Notes under the pieces: generated by a model
What the model saw: only the letters and a program-made list of their open reading frames with translations
Database searches by the model: none
What the model was told of the DNA's origin: nothing
Position numbers and translations under genes: made by a program
Shown here: positions 14,161-26,952 of the stretch, piece by piece
How the letters are laid out: each line of letters opens with the position of its first letter
Position numbering within the stretch: position 1 is the first letter of the stretch
From: Kondoa subrosea
Taxonomy: Eukaryota
Direction: 5' to 3'
DNA: 64,000 nt
Assembly (NCBI GenBank): GCA_039545335.1
Contig: BCIN01000003.1
Span: 1,116,001 to 1,180,000, forward strand

Positions 14161-16752
14161 TTATGCGTAAATGGTTCGTTGTGATTGCGGCATATACTGG
14201 CTCTGACTTTGATATGGAGATGCATTGTAGGTTGAAGCTTGTACAGATAAATTGTCTTGAAGCTGCTGCTGCTGTTGTTGCTGTCGTTTCTGAGCTTCTC
14301 TGCTGTCATAATAAGTGAAGTCTTGCAGAAGGGCTGAGGTAGATAGGATCGGATCAGATCCAGATTCTGTGAAAATATACTGGGACTTACTTGTTTTGGA
14401 CGGAAAGCCATAAAAAATCTTAAGCATTTCAGTACCAACATCAAATGGGACTTCTTGCGTATCTCGAGAAGAAGTGACCGGTTTGCGTTCAGCCGTATTG
14501 CTACAGGCTCATTAATCACTGTCTGAAAATCACGTAAACTGAACATACTGCAATCTCAGATGCCGTAAAGCGGTGTTCGGAACATCTTTAACAAAATGCC
14601 ATCGAACCTGCTCAAAAATTCATCAGTAAAAAAGACTCATCGCTCGGATCTGCTCTAATGAACCTTGAAAGTTCCTTTCCATTTCGAATCTTCCCAAACA
14701 TCCGAATCCACAGTTTCATCCACTGGACTAAGCATTTCTGCGATCCCGCAAAAATGACCGGAGCCATTGACTGAAAAGAACAAGTAGACAGGCGATGAAT
14801 CGTTTGAGCCTTCTTTGAATACTCGGTCCAATCGGTTATTGCCTAATTTTGTGCTGGCTGTATGATTGATGCAAGAATGTAAGCTTTGAAGAAGCGTAGA
14901 TAAAGCCAAAACATACACCAGATACCAAACTTGATACTTTTATGCACATCTTCTTCAGTATAAGACTTAATAACACAGAATCGAGCCTGTCAGAAGACAC
15001 TCCGAGCCTATCAGCACACGCTGAGGGTCTCGCATCGCCAGCTGACCTTTCTAGGTTCACAATCAAAGGATATTGGGTTATAGCCATTCTGCGACATGAT
15101 CTGCTGTACATTTGATTGCTGAGGTGCTGGAACAGGTAAATTTGGTGGAGCAGTGAAATTATTGGGGATAGTATGAGGAGGAAGAGATGGGAAAGCTCGA
15201 TTCATTATTGGTTGTTGCGAAGCTGAAGCATAGCTTGATTGAGGTGTTGGCCATCTTTGTTGCTGTTGTTGCACTAGATGAGGAGGAGGTAAAGCTTGAT
15301 TATAACTATTTTGAGGTGGTAAAGCCCAAGTATTGACAGGGTCAGGTCTGGTAAAGAAAGCAGGTGGAGCGAAATGATTCGCGAAAGCAGGTGCATGCGA
15401 TGGTTGTGTATTGACAGGGGGAGGGGAGAAAGAGTACTGGCTTCTTTCATCTTCATCTTCTTGAATTTGATCTGCGACGGAAGGTGGCACATATCCAGCT
15501 ATGGTAGCTTTCTGTTTCAACCAAGTATTGCTACCCATTCCAGGTGCTGCAGTATAGCCTTTACTATTGAAAATCTCTTCTTTAGCTATCGGACTAGCAA
15601 AAGCATCCGATGTAGTTTCATGCTTAGAGGTGAAAGAATGACCAATGGGTCGAACATAAGCAGCAGCAGAAAAAGGACCTTGATATCTGATATTGCTGTT
15701 CTGATTTCCAGCAGGTTGAGCAGACACTGGAGATGGTTCAGACGACTTGGGTTTACCATCGAAAGAGGTGATCAACGGTGCAAGAGAAGGAACTGCTCTT
15801 TTGACTGGTGATTGCAAAGAAGGGACAGAAAGTGTTGCAGGCCTTAATGACATGTTGCCTAGATCGTTGTTAACTTCATCCAATGACGGGGAAGCGTTAC
15901 CAGATCGAGAACCGGGACTAATGCCTAACCCATCTTGACCCACAGCAGTTGTCAGCGATCTTCTGTTGTGCGATCCACCCAGAATAGCATCATCATCAGG
16001 AGTAGGACTCCAAGGACTTCTTCCTATCCCATCCAAAGGACTTCTAAGCGAAGGTGACTCATCCCCTTTCCCTTCTCCTGCTCCGTTCGACAGCTCATTT
16101 TCAGAAGAAGCTTGAGAAATGACAACATCTGCCGCAGTAGAACGAGATCTTCTTCTCTGAGGAGATGAATCGTTCAAATATTCAGTAGTGACTATCGATA
16201 ATTCTGAAGACGGGTTTCGAGAATGAGCGAGAGTAGGTAAAGTGCCAGTAGTCATATTTCTAGTTCTGGTATTGCGGAGATTGAGACTTTGGTGTCTTCT
16301 AAGCATGCTGTTGGTGCTATCTGTTGATGAAGTACCTTCCGAAGCTTCAGCAGCGTTTAGAAAAGATTGTGACATTGCAGAAGTGGGTGAAACGCTGCTG
16401 GTGCTCGTAGTCCGGCGATGTGATGAAGCCTACAAGAAATGCAAAGATAAGGTCTGAGCTCAAGCATGATAGCCAACAAAGCATAAGCACAGCACACCTC
16501 TTGCACTGCCGCATCAGTGTGTTCGTTTTGCATGGAAAAGGGTGAGAAACCAGTTGTCGGAGATGGTTGAGTGCTAGTATCAGGTGAATGAGGTGCAGAA
16601 GCTTGAGATGTTTGCCTGAACCTGGCCGAGAAGCGAGAGTTGAGTGGTAATGATGCGTGCCTCGATAAACCTGTTCTCTCTTGTTGCACTATACTGGAAG
16701 TAGAAGTCTTGGTTCGGAATGCAGGTCGTTCATCTCCATCCCTTGAAAGCAT
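14161..16752 (-). CDS. YTH-domain m6A RNA-binding protein with long disordered N-terminus and Q-rich tail
   Basis: RFCVIKSYTEEDVHKSIKFGIW, STKLGNNRLD, VYLFFSVNGSGHFCGIAEM, VWEDSKWKGTFKV, KPVTSSRDTQEVP are canonical YTH motifs. Confidence 0.93.
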
Positions 16753-17029
16753 CAGGCCGAAGTTAGAAGCTCTATAACGGTTTTAGCTCAAGACAGTCGC
16801 GGAAGTTTGGACTTGAGGCGATGCTATATGTCACACGCGAGAAACGCTGTACTGAACTCTTAATGCATGTGTATCCCTTTTCTACCGATCACTTCTCCGA
16901 CGTCCTGTGCGCACATCGGGCACAGATGATATATGACAAAAAATGCAATTGCTGGCTGAAGATCGCAACTGTACCCAACCGAAGCTCCAGATCAGCAACT
17001 AGCTGATGTAAGAGCCTGATGGACGCACA

Positions 17030-18476
17030 TCAAGCGATCGGATTACCATTTTCATCCAATTCGACAATGGCAGCAGATTGAGAGGGTCCAGCAGCGGACG
17101 AAGCAGTACCATTCGACGAAGCTTTAGCAGGAGAAGCAGCAGGTTTGTTAGAGCTCAAAAAGCTGTGCGCAGAAGGATGTTGAGTGATCTCCAGATGAGA
17201 ATTGTCCGACAGCCAAACGCACCCTTTGAACTGGTTAGCTGATTTCTTCGACCGATTCTTCTCGTCCAGATCGAGTTGTTTGAGTAATGTAGTGATGGCA
17301 GCATCTGTGAGATGATTTAACTCCATATTTTGAAGACTGGTAGGAAAATCACTTGCCTGGTTGCTTCTTGTTCATCTCCTGTAAGATCTTCCTGCCAGCT
17401 TGGATCTCGCCGAGCCTATCGCAAATTAAGCATTGATCATTTCAAACATGTCAATGTTCGTCAGACTTGCCCAATCCGAGCTTGAGCTTCACGGAAGACT
17501 GCTTTCTTGTTATTCTCGTCGATTTTGAGAGCCTGTGAGTTACATCTGCTTGCATAAGCATATGACTATGACTGTATCTACCAGCTGACCTCTTTTGCAC
17601 AGTCGAGAGCTCGTTTCCCTGTCATGGCAACAGTCCTGAAGATCAGCACATGCTGATGTTCAGATTCTATGAACTGACAATTCTCTTTCTTGATATGGCA
17701 AGCCGCCATATTGGTGTATACTGTGTCATAATCAGATGAAGTTGTTGTCGATTACAGCTTTTGACTTACCTAAACCAATTGTCGTCTTTCTGTCTCAACT
17801 TAAGTCAATATTCTTTTGAGTCGGAAAGACAGATAGACTCACACTTTCGCAGTCATAGAATCGTCTTCCGCTTTCTTGTCATCTAAACCAGCATCCAAAG
17901 ATTTGGGAGATTGTGGAAAAGCGCTACGGTGTGCATTTAGAAATTGAATGACCGCAGCACATTCAACCTACCTCAAGATGGACTGATCGAGACCTGGAGA
18001 GAAATAAAAACCAGTACAGAGAAGAGAATGAGTGCTAACCTTTAAGCGAAAGTAGTACCTGCTGGATCTGTAAGTATGCAGTGCGCTTGAAGACCGTATA
18101 ACTGACAGTGTAATATGACCTGAGTGCTGTAGGGTGCATTCCATTCTTTACAGATACAAATGATCTGAAGCAAGCAAGGCCTACCTGCGGTCATGTCTCC
18201 AGCTTTGACTGTGTCATGCATTCTCAGCAACGCTGCGGAATTTCAAGCAGACAGCTTACAGTGATCGTTGCCTGTAAGAAAGCCATCTTCACCCAGCTGC
18301 ACATAGCTGAGCTCGACACATCCTCACCTTTCGTTCTTTCAACTTGAGCATCTTCCCAGCTTTTCTATCAGCAAGTCTACACTTCAGCGCGTTCCTGATT
18401 CAAGCCCAGAGCTATCACTGACTGTCACTTTCGCCTGCAGCAACGCTTTATCGCCTTCACTGAGTCCTTGAGCCAT
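17030..18476 (-). CDS. TPR protein (TTC9 / immunophilin-type TPR module), heavily spliced
   Basis: Spliced reading MAQGLSEG...RTKGNDHFKAGDMTAALRSYYTVLLSLKGLD...VYTNMAACHIKK...ALKIDENNKKAVFREAQARI; exons as short as about 12-25 nt. Confidence 0.78.
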
Positions 18477-18516
18477 TATGTAATTTTGGCCAGATGTCGG
18501 TTGTCAAAGAACAAGC

Positions 18517-19015
18517 ATGTCTAACTCCAAACAAATCATCTCAACAGATCAAGCCTGCTCGAATCCACTCTTCTCTCAAGCTACCAGAGCTGGTGGGATC
18601 ATCTATACATCTGGAAATATTGGGCAGCAAGCAGATGGAAGTCAAACGAAAGGAACAGTAGGCGATAGAACAGTGAGTTCCTACTAAGTGCTGTGCGCAT
18701 CTGAGCTTATGAAACAGTAAGACGAAAGCTTTGGATAATATTGATGCCATCCTCAAGGCAGCAGGCTCAAGTTTGGAACATGCTTTGAAAGTGACTGTCT
18801 TTGTGAGTAGTGCGCCTTTCCATTACGCTTGAGCTGATGGGGGATTCAAGCTGAGCGATTACTCTCTTTATGACGAGATGAATAAGGCTTATGCAGCAAG
18901 AATGCCCAAGCCAATGCCTTCCCGCAGCTGTATCGGGGTGAAAGCACTGCCGATGGGCACAGATGTCGAGATTGAGTGCACTGCTGTTGTACCGGATAGC
19001 GCCAGCAAGCTGTAG
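18517..19015 (+). CDS. RidA/YjgF/YER057c/UK114 family enamine/imine deaminase (absent from ORF track)
   Basis: Spliced MSNSKQIISTDQACSNPLFSQATRAGGIIYTSGNIG...ALDNIDAILKAAGSSLEHALKVTVFLSDY...MPSRSCIGVKALPMGTDVEIEC; the catalytic Arg motif is present. Confidence 0.92.
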
Positions 19016-19368
19016 ATATTGGTCAGCCGGTCTTCGTCTTGACTTTCAAAGGCAAGTGTTGATCACTTTTGGCAGCCTCTGTTAAATAAAAGATATACTG
19101 TATTGCTCTCTATCTCACTGCTTCATTTCTTCACGTCCATCTATCGAAATGAATATATCTTATCACTTTGTCCGATCCCTCATTCTTGATTACTCTTTTA
19201 CTGCTTTCTTTCAGCGCCATTACGTGCACTTTATCTGCAGCACGAAGTAGTTGCAGAAGTGAATTTGCATCAATACAATACATTGTCCATCTGAATCTGA
19301 CCCAAGGTAGCTTTTGTGGTTTTTGATCTCATTCGTAATTCCTTCCTGTCGTAATCAACCCTTCCAAA

Positions 19369-20668
19369 TCACTTGCCATGATTACTTCCTTCCAATGCTG
19401 CAGCAATTCCATAAGCAGCCCCAGCAGCGGCACCCCCGATAAAGCACGTGGTCGTTGCTCCTGCAAGATAACCCTTGAAACCCACAGGTCGACCAGCTAT
19501 TGATTGTCTTTAGTGATCAAATTATTCTATTGCGCAAATAGAAGACTGACTATGGTAAGTCTTTAGAATTCCAAACACGATGAGGGCTACTGCTGTAACC
19601 GCAATAGAGACATATAGTGCTTTGTAGACGTTGTGAATGAAGAAATAAGGGAAGAGCGGAACAAGTCCACCAATTGCATAACTTAAGCCAATAGTCTATT
19701 GTACATGTCAATAGTGAATCTGGATGTGTATACGCTCACGAAATGTGGACTTACGATTGCGCTAGCCCAAAGACGTTTGTTGCTGATTTCTTCTAAACCC
19801 TCCCCAAACTTGAGTAGGAAGTGAGAAATACCAGCATCCACTTTCTCATCATTGCTGCTTGTAGTGATCGTAGAAGGCTGGCGACCAAATCTGCGACGTA
19901 AAGTATGCAACAATCCATCTTGTTCTTGTTCGCTGGTATTGATGTCAGGTTCGACTCGCATAAGTGCGTTTGCAAGTTGTCGACAGAGTCTCTCATCGCC
20001 AACGACTGAGCCCATAACTTCGGTCACTTCCCTTTCCATCTCTCCCGAACATGATCGTTTCACTCTTGCCCGTGTAGCAGATCTCAAATATCGATAATGA
20101 TCGCGTTCCGCTTGAGCCTATTTCTGATGTAAGATGATTGTAGCTAGACGGAATCGATCAAACCTACGCTCAGGAATCCCCCAACTAGACAGAAAGTCTG
20201 AAAGGAGGTAGATTAAGCAGTGCGGGAAAACTTACCACCCATGCTCAATGCACCAGAAAGCAATTCAGCAACTCCACCGACTGATTCAAGCTTCAAATTG
20301 GATAGAATTATCAATGGATGAAGTCCTTACTCATCACGAATCGCGAGCTACCAAGAACAGTCAAACCAGCAGTAAGACCAAATGGGACAGTCAGCCCATC
20401 GGAGATCCCAATGATCACATCTCTAGATGCAACACGTATCAGAGGACTGCTAAGAACGTGCTCAGGTTATTTACCGGACAAAGTCAGGACTAAGGAGTTT
20501 ACGCTGATCATCGCCTTTTAGTGTGCGACAGCAAATACCATCAGGCTGTTGTTCAACTTCGCATAAATCTGGCAAAGTGGAAGCAGCTTCGAGTGTATGA
20601 ATCGAAGGAGATCGATTGAGTTGCCACACTGGTTTGCTCTGCGTCGATGATTGCCTTAGAGGCAGCAT
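19369..20668 (-). CDS. CCC1: Vacuolar iron/manganese transporter, Ccc1/VIT1 family
   Basis: FVRDVIIGISDGLTVPFGLTAG, GGVAELLSGALSMG, AQAERDHY, FLLKFGEGLEE, GGLVPLFPYFF. Confidence 0.9.
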
Positions 20669-20822
20669 TCGAACCCCTGAGTGTGAAGCAGAAGTCATTT
20701 CGAGGCAGTGAGTGATCGAAAGAAAGAACAGTGAGAGAACAGCTGAGCTGTGCCCAGGTCATATGACCGGAAGTTTCCGAAAGGGCCCGCATTAGTTATC
20801 AATAGATGGATGGATCGAGTTT

Positions 20823-20855
20823 TTATCTGATGAAATTGTGACATTTATCAGATAA
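20823..20855. promoter_or_regulatory. Inverted pair of ATCAGATAA GATA-factor sites upstream of the Ccc1-like gene
   Basis: TTATCTGAT at 20823-20831 and ATCAGATAA at 20847-20855 match the ATCWGATAA consensus of fungal iron-responsive GATA factors. Confidence 0.5.
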
Positions 20856-21550
20856 GAGGAAAGAGGCGAGGCGTCGCCATATATTGATGCTTCGAGGAAT
20901 CGGAGAATCACAGGCGCGCAGATGAAGACTAGTGCTGCGCCATGTTGAGGAGTATCAAGGATCCAAAAACACGATAGAACTTAGAAGCATTGAAAATTGA
21001 TCACGAAGATATTCGGCAATGTGAAAGTGCTGTCCTGTTTCAGAGCCTATCTGATGTGCCATCAAGCGCCATAGCAAGCAGTGGCTTCACGGTTGCATAG
21101 AGGAACAGATCTAAGCGACACTTTGGTCAACTTTGGTCGAACGACACGTTCCACTTCAAGGCTATAGAACCAGAAATGACTGAGATAGCACTCGAGGCCG
21201 AATTATGGCCCAAGGGAGACCGCTAAAAAATCGACGCACGGTGATTAGAGAATAAGCGAACTTGAAGAAGTTTACTGATTGCGGAACAAAAGCCGGCGGA
21301 ATTGGTGACTGCAACATTGGAAGGCAAGATAGGAATTGCAAGGCTATAGTCATTCATTGACAATTCATCTTTCGCACTCTGTAGACATCGTTACCACTGA
21401 TCAAGCTTGATCCAACCCTTCGTGAAACTCTATAACGACCCGGATATCACTCTATACCAATACATCCCCAAAATCAATCTAAGTGCGGCTGAGACTTCCA
21501 GTGACAGCTGTTAAACATAAATCAGTTTACGATCAATTGGTGGAAAGCAT

Positions 21551-24248
21551 TTAGGACATACCTCGGACATCAACCTCAACATCATCTTTCTTCTCATACC
21601 CATCTTCAGAACCGGGCGACGCAGAAGTAGTCTTTTTCAGATTCTTTCCAGCAGGTGCGTCCCAAATTTCGTCATCGAACATCCCCCGACGTCCGTCCCG
21701 GCCTAGGTAGCGGTTGGTTACTGGCTTGTCTGCATATTCAGCAGGGTAGACTGGGTCTTTCCATCTGTTGTGAAGGAAAATTAGCAATTGTATCACCTCG
21801 AGCGGATGAGACGCACATGAGACTAAGCGTTAAATGGACAGCGAAGGAGATAACTGTAGAGAGGATCCATCCCGTGCTGTACATGCGGATGAAAGGCAGA
21901 CCAATGGCGCTCTTGTTGTACTGCAAATACCACATGATAAGTCAAAAGCACAAATTGAAGACCGCTAGACATACATTACCCGCCAGACCTGGGAAGACTA
22001 TGCCAACAGCACAACACCATGACACAATAGCTTTCCAATTGAAACCTTTCTTGTACCAATAAAGTCCTCCTTCTCCAGCTGTAGGATCGCACAGCAATCA
22101 GTTTCTTCACTCGTACCGAACTGCAATTATTGGAACTCACGAGTATATAGCGACGGTGTATGTAGGTTTTGACGACGAAGTACATAGTAGTCAGCATACA
22201 TCTACGAAGAAGAAAAAGAAGACAGTCAACAAACGGACAGATAAGCGTAGATGTAGGACGTACAACACCACTGATGGATCCCATAAGGACTGTATAGCTT
22301 CCAAGGAAAACGATAAATTGACTAGCGCTTGACAAAAACTAATGGACGGCTTGATTAGCATTGATCGAAATTTCTTTGCATGTGCTCGAAAGCTTACTTT
22401 CCATGGAACAATAGCAAGACCCAAAACGAAGCTAGATGACTATCTAAACGAAGTATAAAGCCGATGAGAGCGACATACATGATGATCTGACCGCGGACAA
22501 TGTTGATCCATCGCGGGAATAGACCAGTTATGTCGGCACCAAATGGAACGCTGAAGTGCACATCAGCGTTATACATAGAAGAGATAAGAAAACAAACGAA
22601 TTGTTTGCAAGACTTGTCAGAATAGTAGCACCACTGTAGGTAATGGCGATGAAGAAGACAGCTGTACGAGCGCCAGCATTCCAGTTGTTGTTGAGAACAG
22701 TATGTAGCTGATCCCAGAGAGACCACTGTGCCTTGCCACCATATGCTACTTGAAGAGCAGCAGCCGTAGACATAGAGAAGAAATAGACCAAGACTTTCGT
22801 GACTAGGAAAAATGGTTAGACATTGCTTGCTGTTTAAATCAAAGACATACCGAAAAGAGAAACACCCTGTGGCCATCCTCCTGCATGTGTTGTTTTGGCA
22901 TAGCGAGTAAGATCAGGCTGATTGACGATCAAAGTTGACACTCCTATATAATATGGATCAGTAATGTCTTAGGTCTCATGTTCTTGCAACATACCTCCCA
23001 TACAGACATTTATGCCCTTAAGCCAACCCCAAGCAAGGTCTTCGGAGGAGAGAGTATTAGGTGGAAACGATTTAAAACCACCAGCACGAGTAATAGCCCA
23101 AACAGCGAAAGCGATCGAGACTGGTGTGAGTAGGAAAGCTTTCTGTGAAGAATGACCTTGAGCATTTGTATAGCGAGTCATGTTGCACTTACGATGCTGA
23201 ACACGAGTCTCAAGTGTCGAGGGTGTACGAAATACAAGGGTAGAATTGCAAAGTAAAGGACGATGAAGCCAACAAAGTTCTGAGAGGTGATGCCAGCTGA
23301 AAGCGGAAAGGGTGCCAGGTTTTCGAAAGAAGAGCCGAAAACGCATCGCAAAGCAACCTAGAAGGAAGATTTTAGAGAATGTCTTCATCGATATCGTCAA
23401 AACTCACAGCAAACAAACAGCCAGCATAGTATGCAAGTACACCTTGCCAACTATGGCATATTGAGAATGAGAATAAGAAGCAAACGATAATGTAATGCTT
23501 ACACGATTGCACAGACTGCGCGAATTCCGACAAAAACTGATCGTAACTTCAGTGAGAGTATTCCAGGGAAGATGAAATACTCACAGAACGCTCCACGTAG
23601 ACCAAACATTGATCTAGCTACTGCTGGATATCCCAATCCGTAGGTTGCACCTGGATATGCTCCCAGCACTGGCCAACTCCTTAGTAAGCACTAGATCGAA
23701 ACTTATATCTGTCTCAATACGTACCCATAGCTGCTCCACTGAGAGCGGACCCAATTACTGTAATACCCATAGCGTGCGAAAAAGGTATGCCAATAGCAAT
23801 AATCGCTGAACCGGAAGACCATCTGGGATGTAATTGAGCAATGGATGCTTCCGTAAGCGGCATCGACTTACCCATTCGCATTCTGAAGATAGGCGTTCGT
23901 CAGCTAATGCATACCACTCGCAGATGGCAACGAACGAAAATGGAACCAAACCAAAGAGAACAGTAGTTAAAAGTGTTCCAAGTACGGTGCTCGTCAGGCG
24001 TTGGATCGAGATCTGATTAAAGACATATTTGAGCGACAGCAGTCATTTGGAAGGCGCAAATCTACCATGATTGCTGTAGACGGAACGGATGTGACCTTTG
24101 TCGCCGGGAACTGAATGAATATGTTTTCAGCGTATGCCCAATCAGGAAAAAATTGCAGATGCTTACCTTCAAGCATTGATACGAAGTTCTCTTTGCTGGT
24201 GAACCCAGTCTTGAACTTGGAAAGTCCATCGCTGATCTTGCCAAACAT
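21551..24248 (-). CDS. NCS1 nucleobase:cation symporter (Fur4/Dal4-like uracil/allantoin permease)
   Basis: DLDPTPDEHRTWN, YPGATYGLGYP, VNQPDLTRYA, NSVPFGADITGLFPRWINIVRGQII, LAIVPWK, FIVFLGSYTVLMGSISG, YWYKKGFNWKA; many TM segments. Confidence 0.92.
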
Positions 24249-24882
24249 TGCGAGGGAAAAATGGAGTGGTAGAGAAGATACAGATCTGGTGAGGAAGTAG
24301 GGAATGGGAAGAGAGCAGCAACCGAAAGCATATACAATAGATAGAGATAAGGATTTTACCGCAGGCTCAAACCGGGAAGGATGCGTCTGGGGTATGTCTC
24401 ACTCGGTCCATGCATTATCGGAGCGATAAGGCCAGCTCTTTGAGTCTTACGCCGTCGCCGATGACTGGCCAGATCTGCGCTAGGCATGAGAAAGGGAAAG
24501 CAGTACTACAAGATTGTACAGTAGTCGAAGGAGATCTTCAATAATAGTTTCCAGCATCGATCGGATCCTCTAAAGTGTCTGCTGCGGTGAGCCGAGATAT
24601 CGCACAATGAAATCCAAAGCCAATCTGCTGCTTCCCGCCGAAACATATAGATTCTCAAAGTATCAGACGACCGACAACACAAGAGCTGTTGCAGTTTGGG
24701 GAGCGAAGATTCTCTGAAATGCCTGTCCAATACGTGAATTACGATGTAGTCCTAGACGCGTTGAATAGCAGCTGAGTAGAAAGAACCGTAGGCTGAACAG
24801 ACTGCCTCCCGAAACCCGTATACCCCAGACTTGCTGATAAGCGTCTTTCTTCAGCAGTACACGACAGTAAAAGCACGTAGAT

Positions 24883-26910
24883 ATGGCAACCAGCGATCCA
24901 AGATTGACTACGCATGCACCAAGAGTGAGTCAAAATTTGTATTCAATTGTTTCCATTGTTTTGCTTGAACAATCGCTTTCACAGGACTTGGTAGGCTATG
25001 GCAAGAACAGGCCTGATCCTCGTTGGCCAAATGGAGCTAAGATAGCTGTGAATTTTGGTAGGTTCCATCGCTGTGCGCAAACAACAAGCTAATTTGTTGC
25101 CTCAAATAAAGTCATCAAGTGAGTCTTCCTGCTATGCTTCTTCTTCTATTTTTCCTCTTCTGCTCATTTCACAGTAATCTGTGCTTATCTTCTGCCTGAA
25201 AACATGCCTTCTTTCTCTTCCTGAGGGAGACTGCCATTTACCATGTGCAGAACTTCATTCTGATGCTATTCGCTCTCTTTCTGCAGCTTCGAGGAAGGAG
25301 GTGAACACAGTATCGAATCCGGAGACCCACATGCCGAGTACAATCTTCGTGAGTTCAAACGATGTTTAAGTTCGATATGCGTACTGACTGGGATTTATCG
25401 CCGGCTGCAGAAGGTAGAATTGACCCTCCATATTGTTCTACATATACTGAGAGGGACTTGCAGAGACTGGCCCGAAACAGCCCTTTGTAGGAGAACGAGA
25501 CATACCTATGGAAAGTCAGTTCGAGTTCGGCAGCCGAGTTGGAGTAAGCTTTACTTTCCTGACTATCTGTTTTGTCTGATATTTTTCTGCAGATGTGGCG
25601 CCTTCTTCGTCTATTCGAAAAGCACAGCATGAAGGTCACTATATACGCTGTTGCTCAAGCGCTCGAAAAGAACATGCAGGTCTCGGAAGCTTGTGATGAT
25701 GCAGGTCACGAAATCGCTTCTCATGTCAGCTTCGAGAGCTTGTCAACGTGCACTCTGCTTGATTATACTTAAGTTTGACTTTTCATAGGCAATGCGTTGG
25801 ATAAACTACAGAGACATGCCAGCAGAGCAAGAAGAGGACCTGATTCGTCAAGCAGTCGCAAGCTTCCAGAAGACGTCAAAGACCGGTAAAGCTCCTGTAG
25901 GCTGGTGAGCTCGCGTACACTGTAGCCTTGAGGAAACTCCTTGACATTTCGAGCAGGTATGTAGGCCGACCATCTCCTAGATCACGAGCCCTACAGCAAA
26001 AGGGACGTTGCTATAGCTAGTCGCACAATGCCTCTGGCTGACTTTACATGTACAGGTCTACAAAGATCTTGGTCTCGAACTTTTATACAACTCAGACAGT
26101 AAGTCTGGCTTTAAATTCTGGCAAATAGTCGCTAAGCCTCTCAATCTATCTACAGATTACGCGTAAGATGTCCTACTTGTTCTGATGCAGGCTCTGACAA
26201 CATAGCAAAAGAGATGAATTACCGTACTACATCCCAGATCCATGGCTAGAACCGGGAGAAGAAGATAAAGGACTCATGATTGTACCATGTGAGAAACCTT
26301 TCCTTACTGTTTCGTACTATAGACACTTACACCGGTTGCCTAGATTCATATGATTGCAGTATGTCTCTGAAGTCGCTATATCGAGCTCTCCTTACTCAGT
26401 GATGGTCTCTAGACGATTTCAAGGTATGCCCTCAACTTTCCGGCCTCTATGCATTCCTTTACTGACTTCTATTTTCCAAAGTTTTACATCGCGCCAGGTA
26501 AGTTTCATATGACTCGTTGCTGTCGCGAGCTTATCCGTTTTTCAGGTTTCGGCAGCGCTTGGGCATTTGGAGAACATATTCAAAACGCTTTCGACACATT
26601 GTATGAAGAAGGGACTGAAGGACAACCTGGCTTCGTAAGTTGCCCCGACCGCTTGTCTTTGCATGCTGTGCTGAAACTTTCTGCAGCTCACAGTTGCTGT
26701 ACATGCCCGCTATATTGCCAGACCAGGTCGCTTCCCAGCACTCAAGAAGTTTGTGGAATATATCGTAAGGTCTCGAAGGTGTCTTTGATCTGTCTAGGCT
26801 GAAAAGCGACTTTGCAGTCATGCAAGGAAGGTGTTTGGGTAGCTACGCGCGAAGAGATTGCCAGACATTGGGCTAAAGAGTACCCGTACCAAGCCAAAGC
26901 AGTCGTGTAG
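24883..26910 (+). CDS. PuuE-type (allantoinase-like) polysaccharide-deacetylase-fold hydrolase; at least five microexons
   Basis: Spliced PRDLVGYGKNRPDPRWPNGAKIAVNFVINFEEGGE...ESQFEFGSRVGMWRLLRLF...GHEIASHAMRWINY...PVGWYVGRPS...NYADELPYY...VPYSYDCNDFKF...FDTLYEEG. The E/H/W signature replaces the D/H/H metal triad. Confidence 0.88.
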
Positions 26911-26952
26911 CCGCATGATAACAGAAGTTGCACAGAATATATATTGTTTTAC

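Noticed and set aside
18517..20668. RidA and Ccc1 as members of the catabolic cluster
   Set aside because: RidA could plausibly act on enamines, but it is separated from the cluster by Ccc1 and about 0.9 kb of intergenic DNA, and nothing in the sequence links it.
24249..24882. UaY/Ppr1-type TCGG-N6-CCGA site in the permease/hydrolase promoter
   Set aside because: Several TCGG and CCGA half-sites are present, but I could not find a correctly spaced pair.
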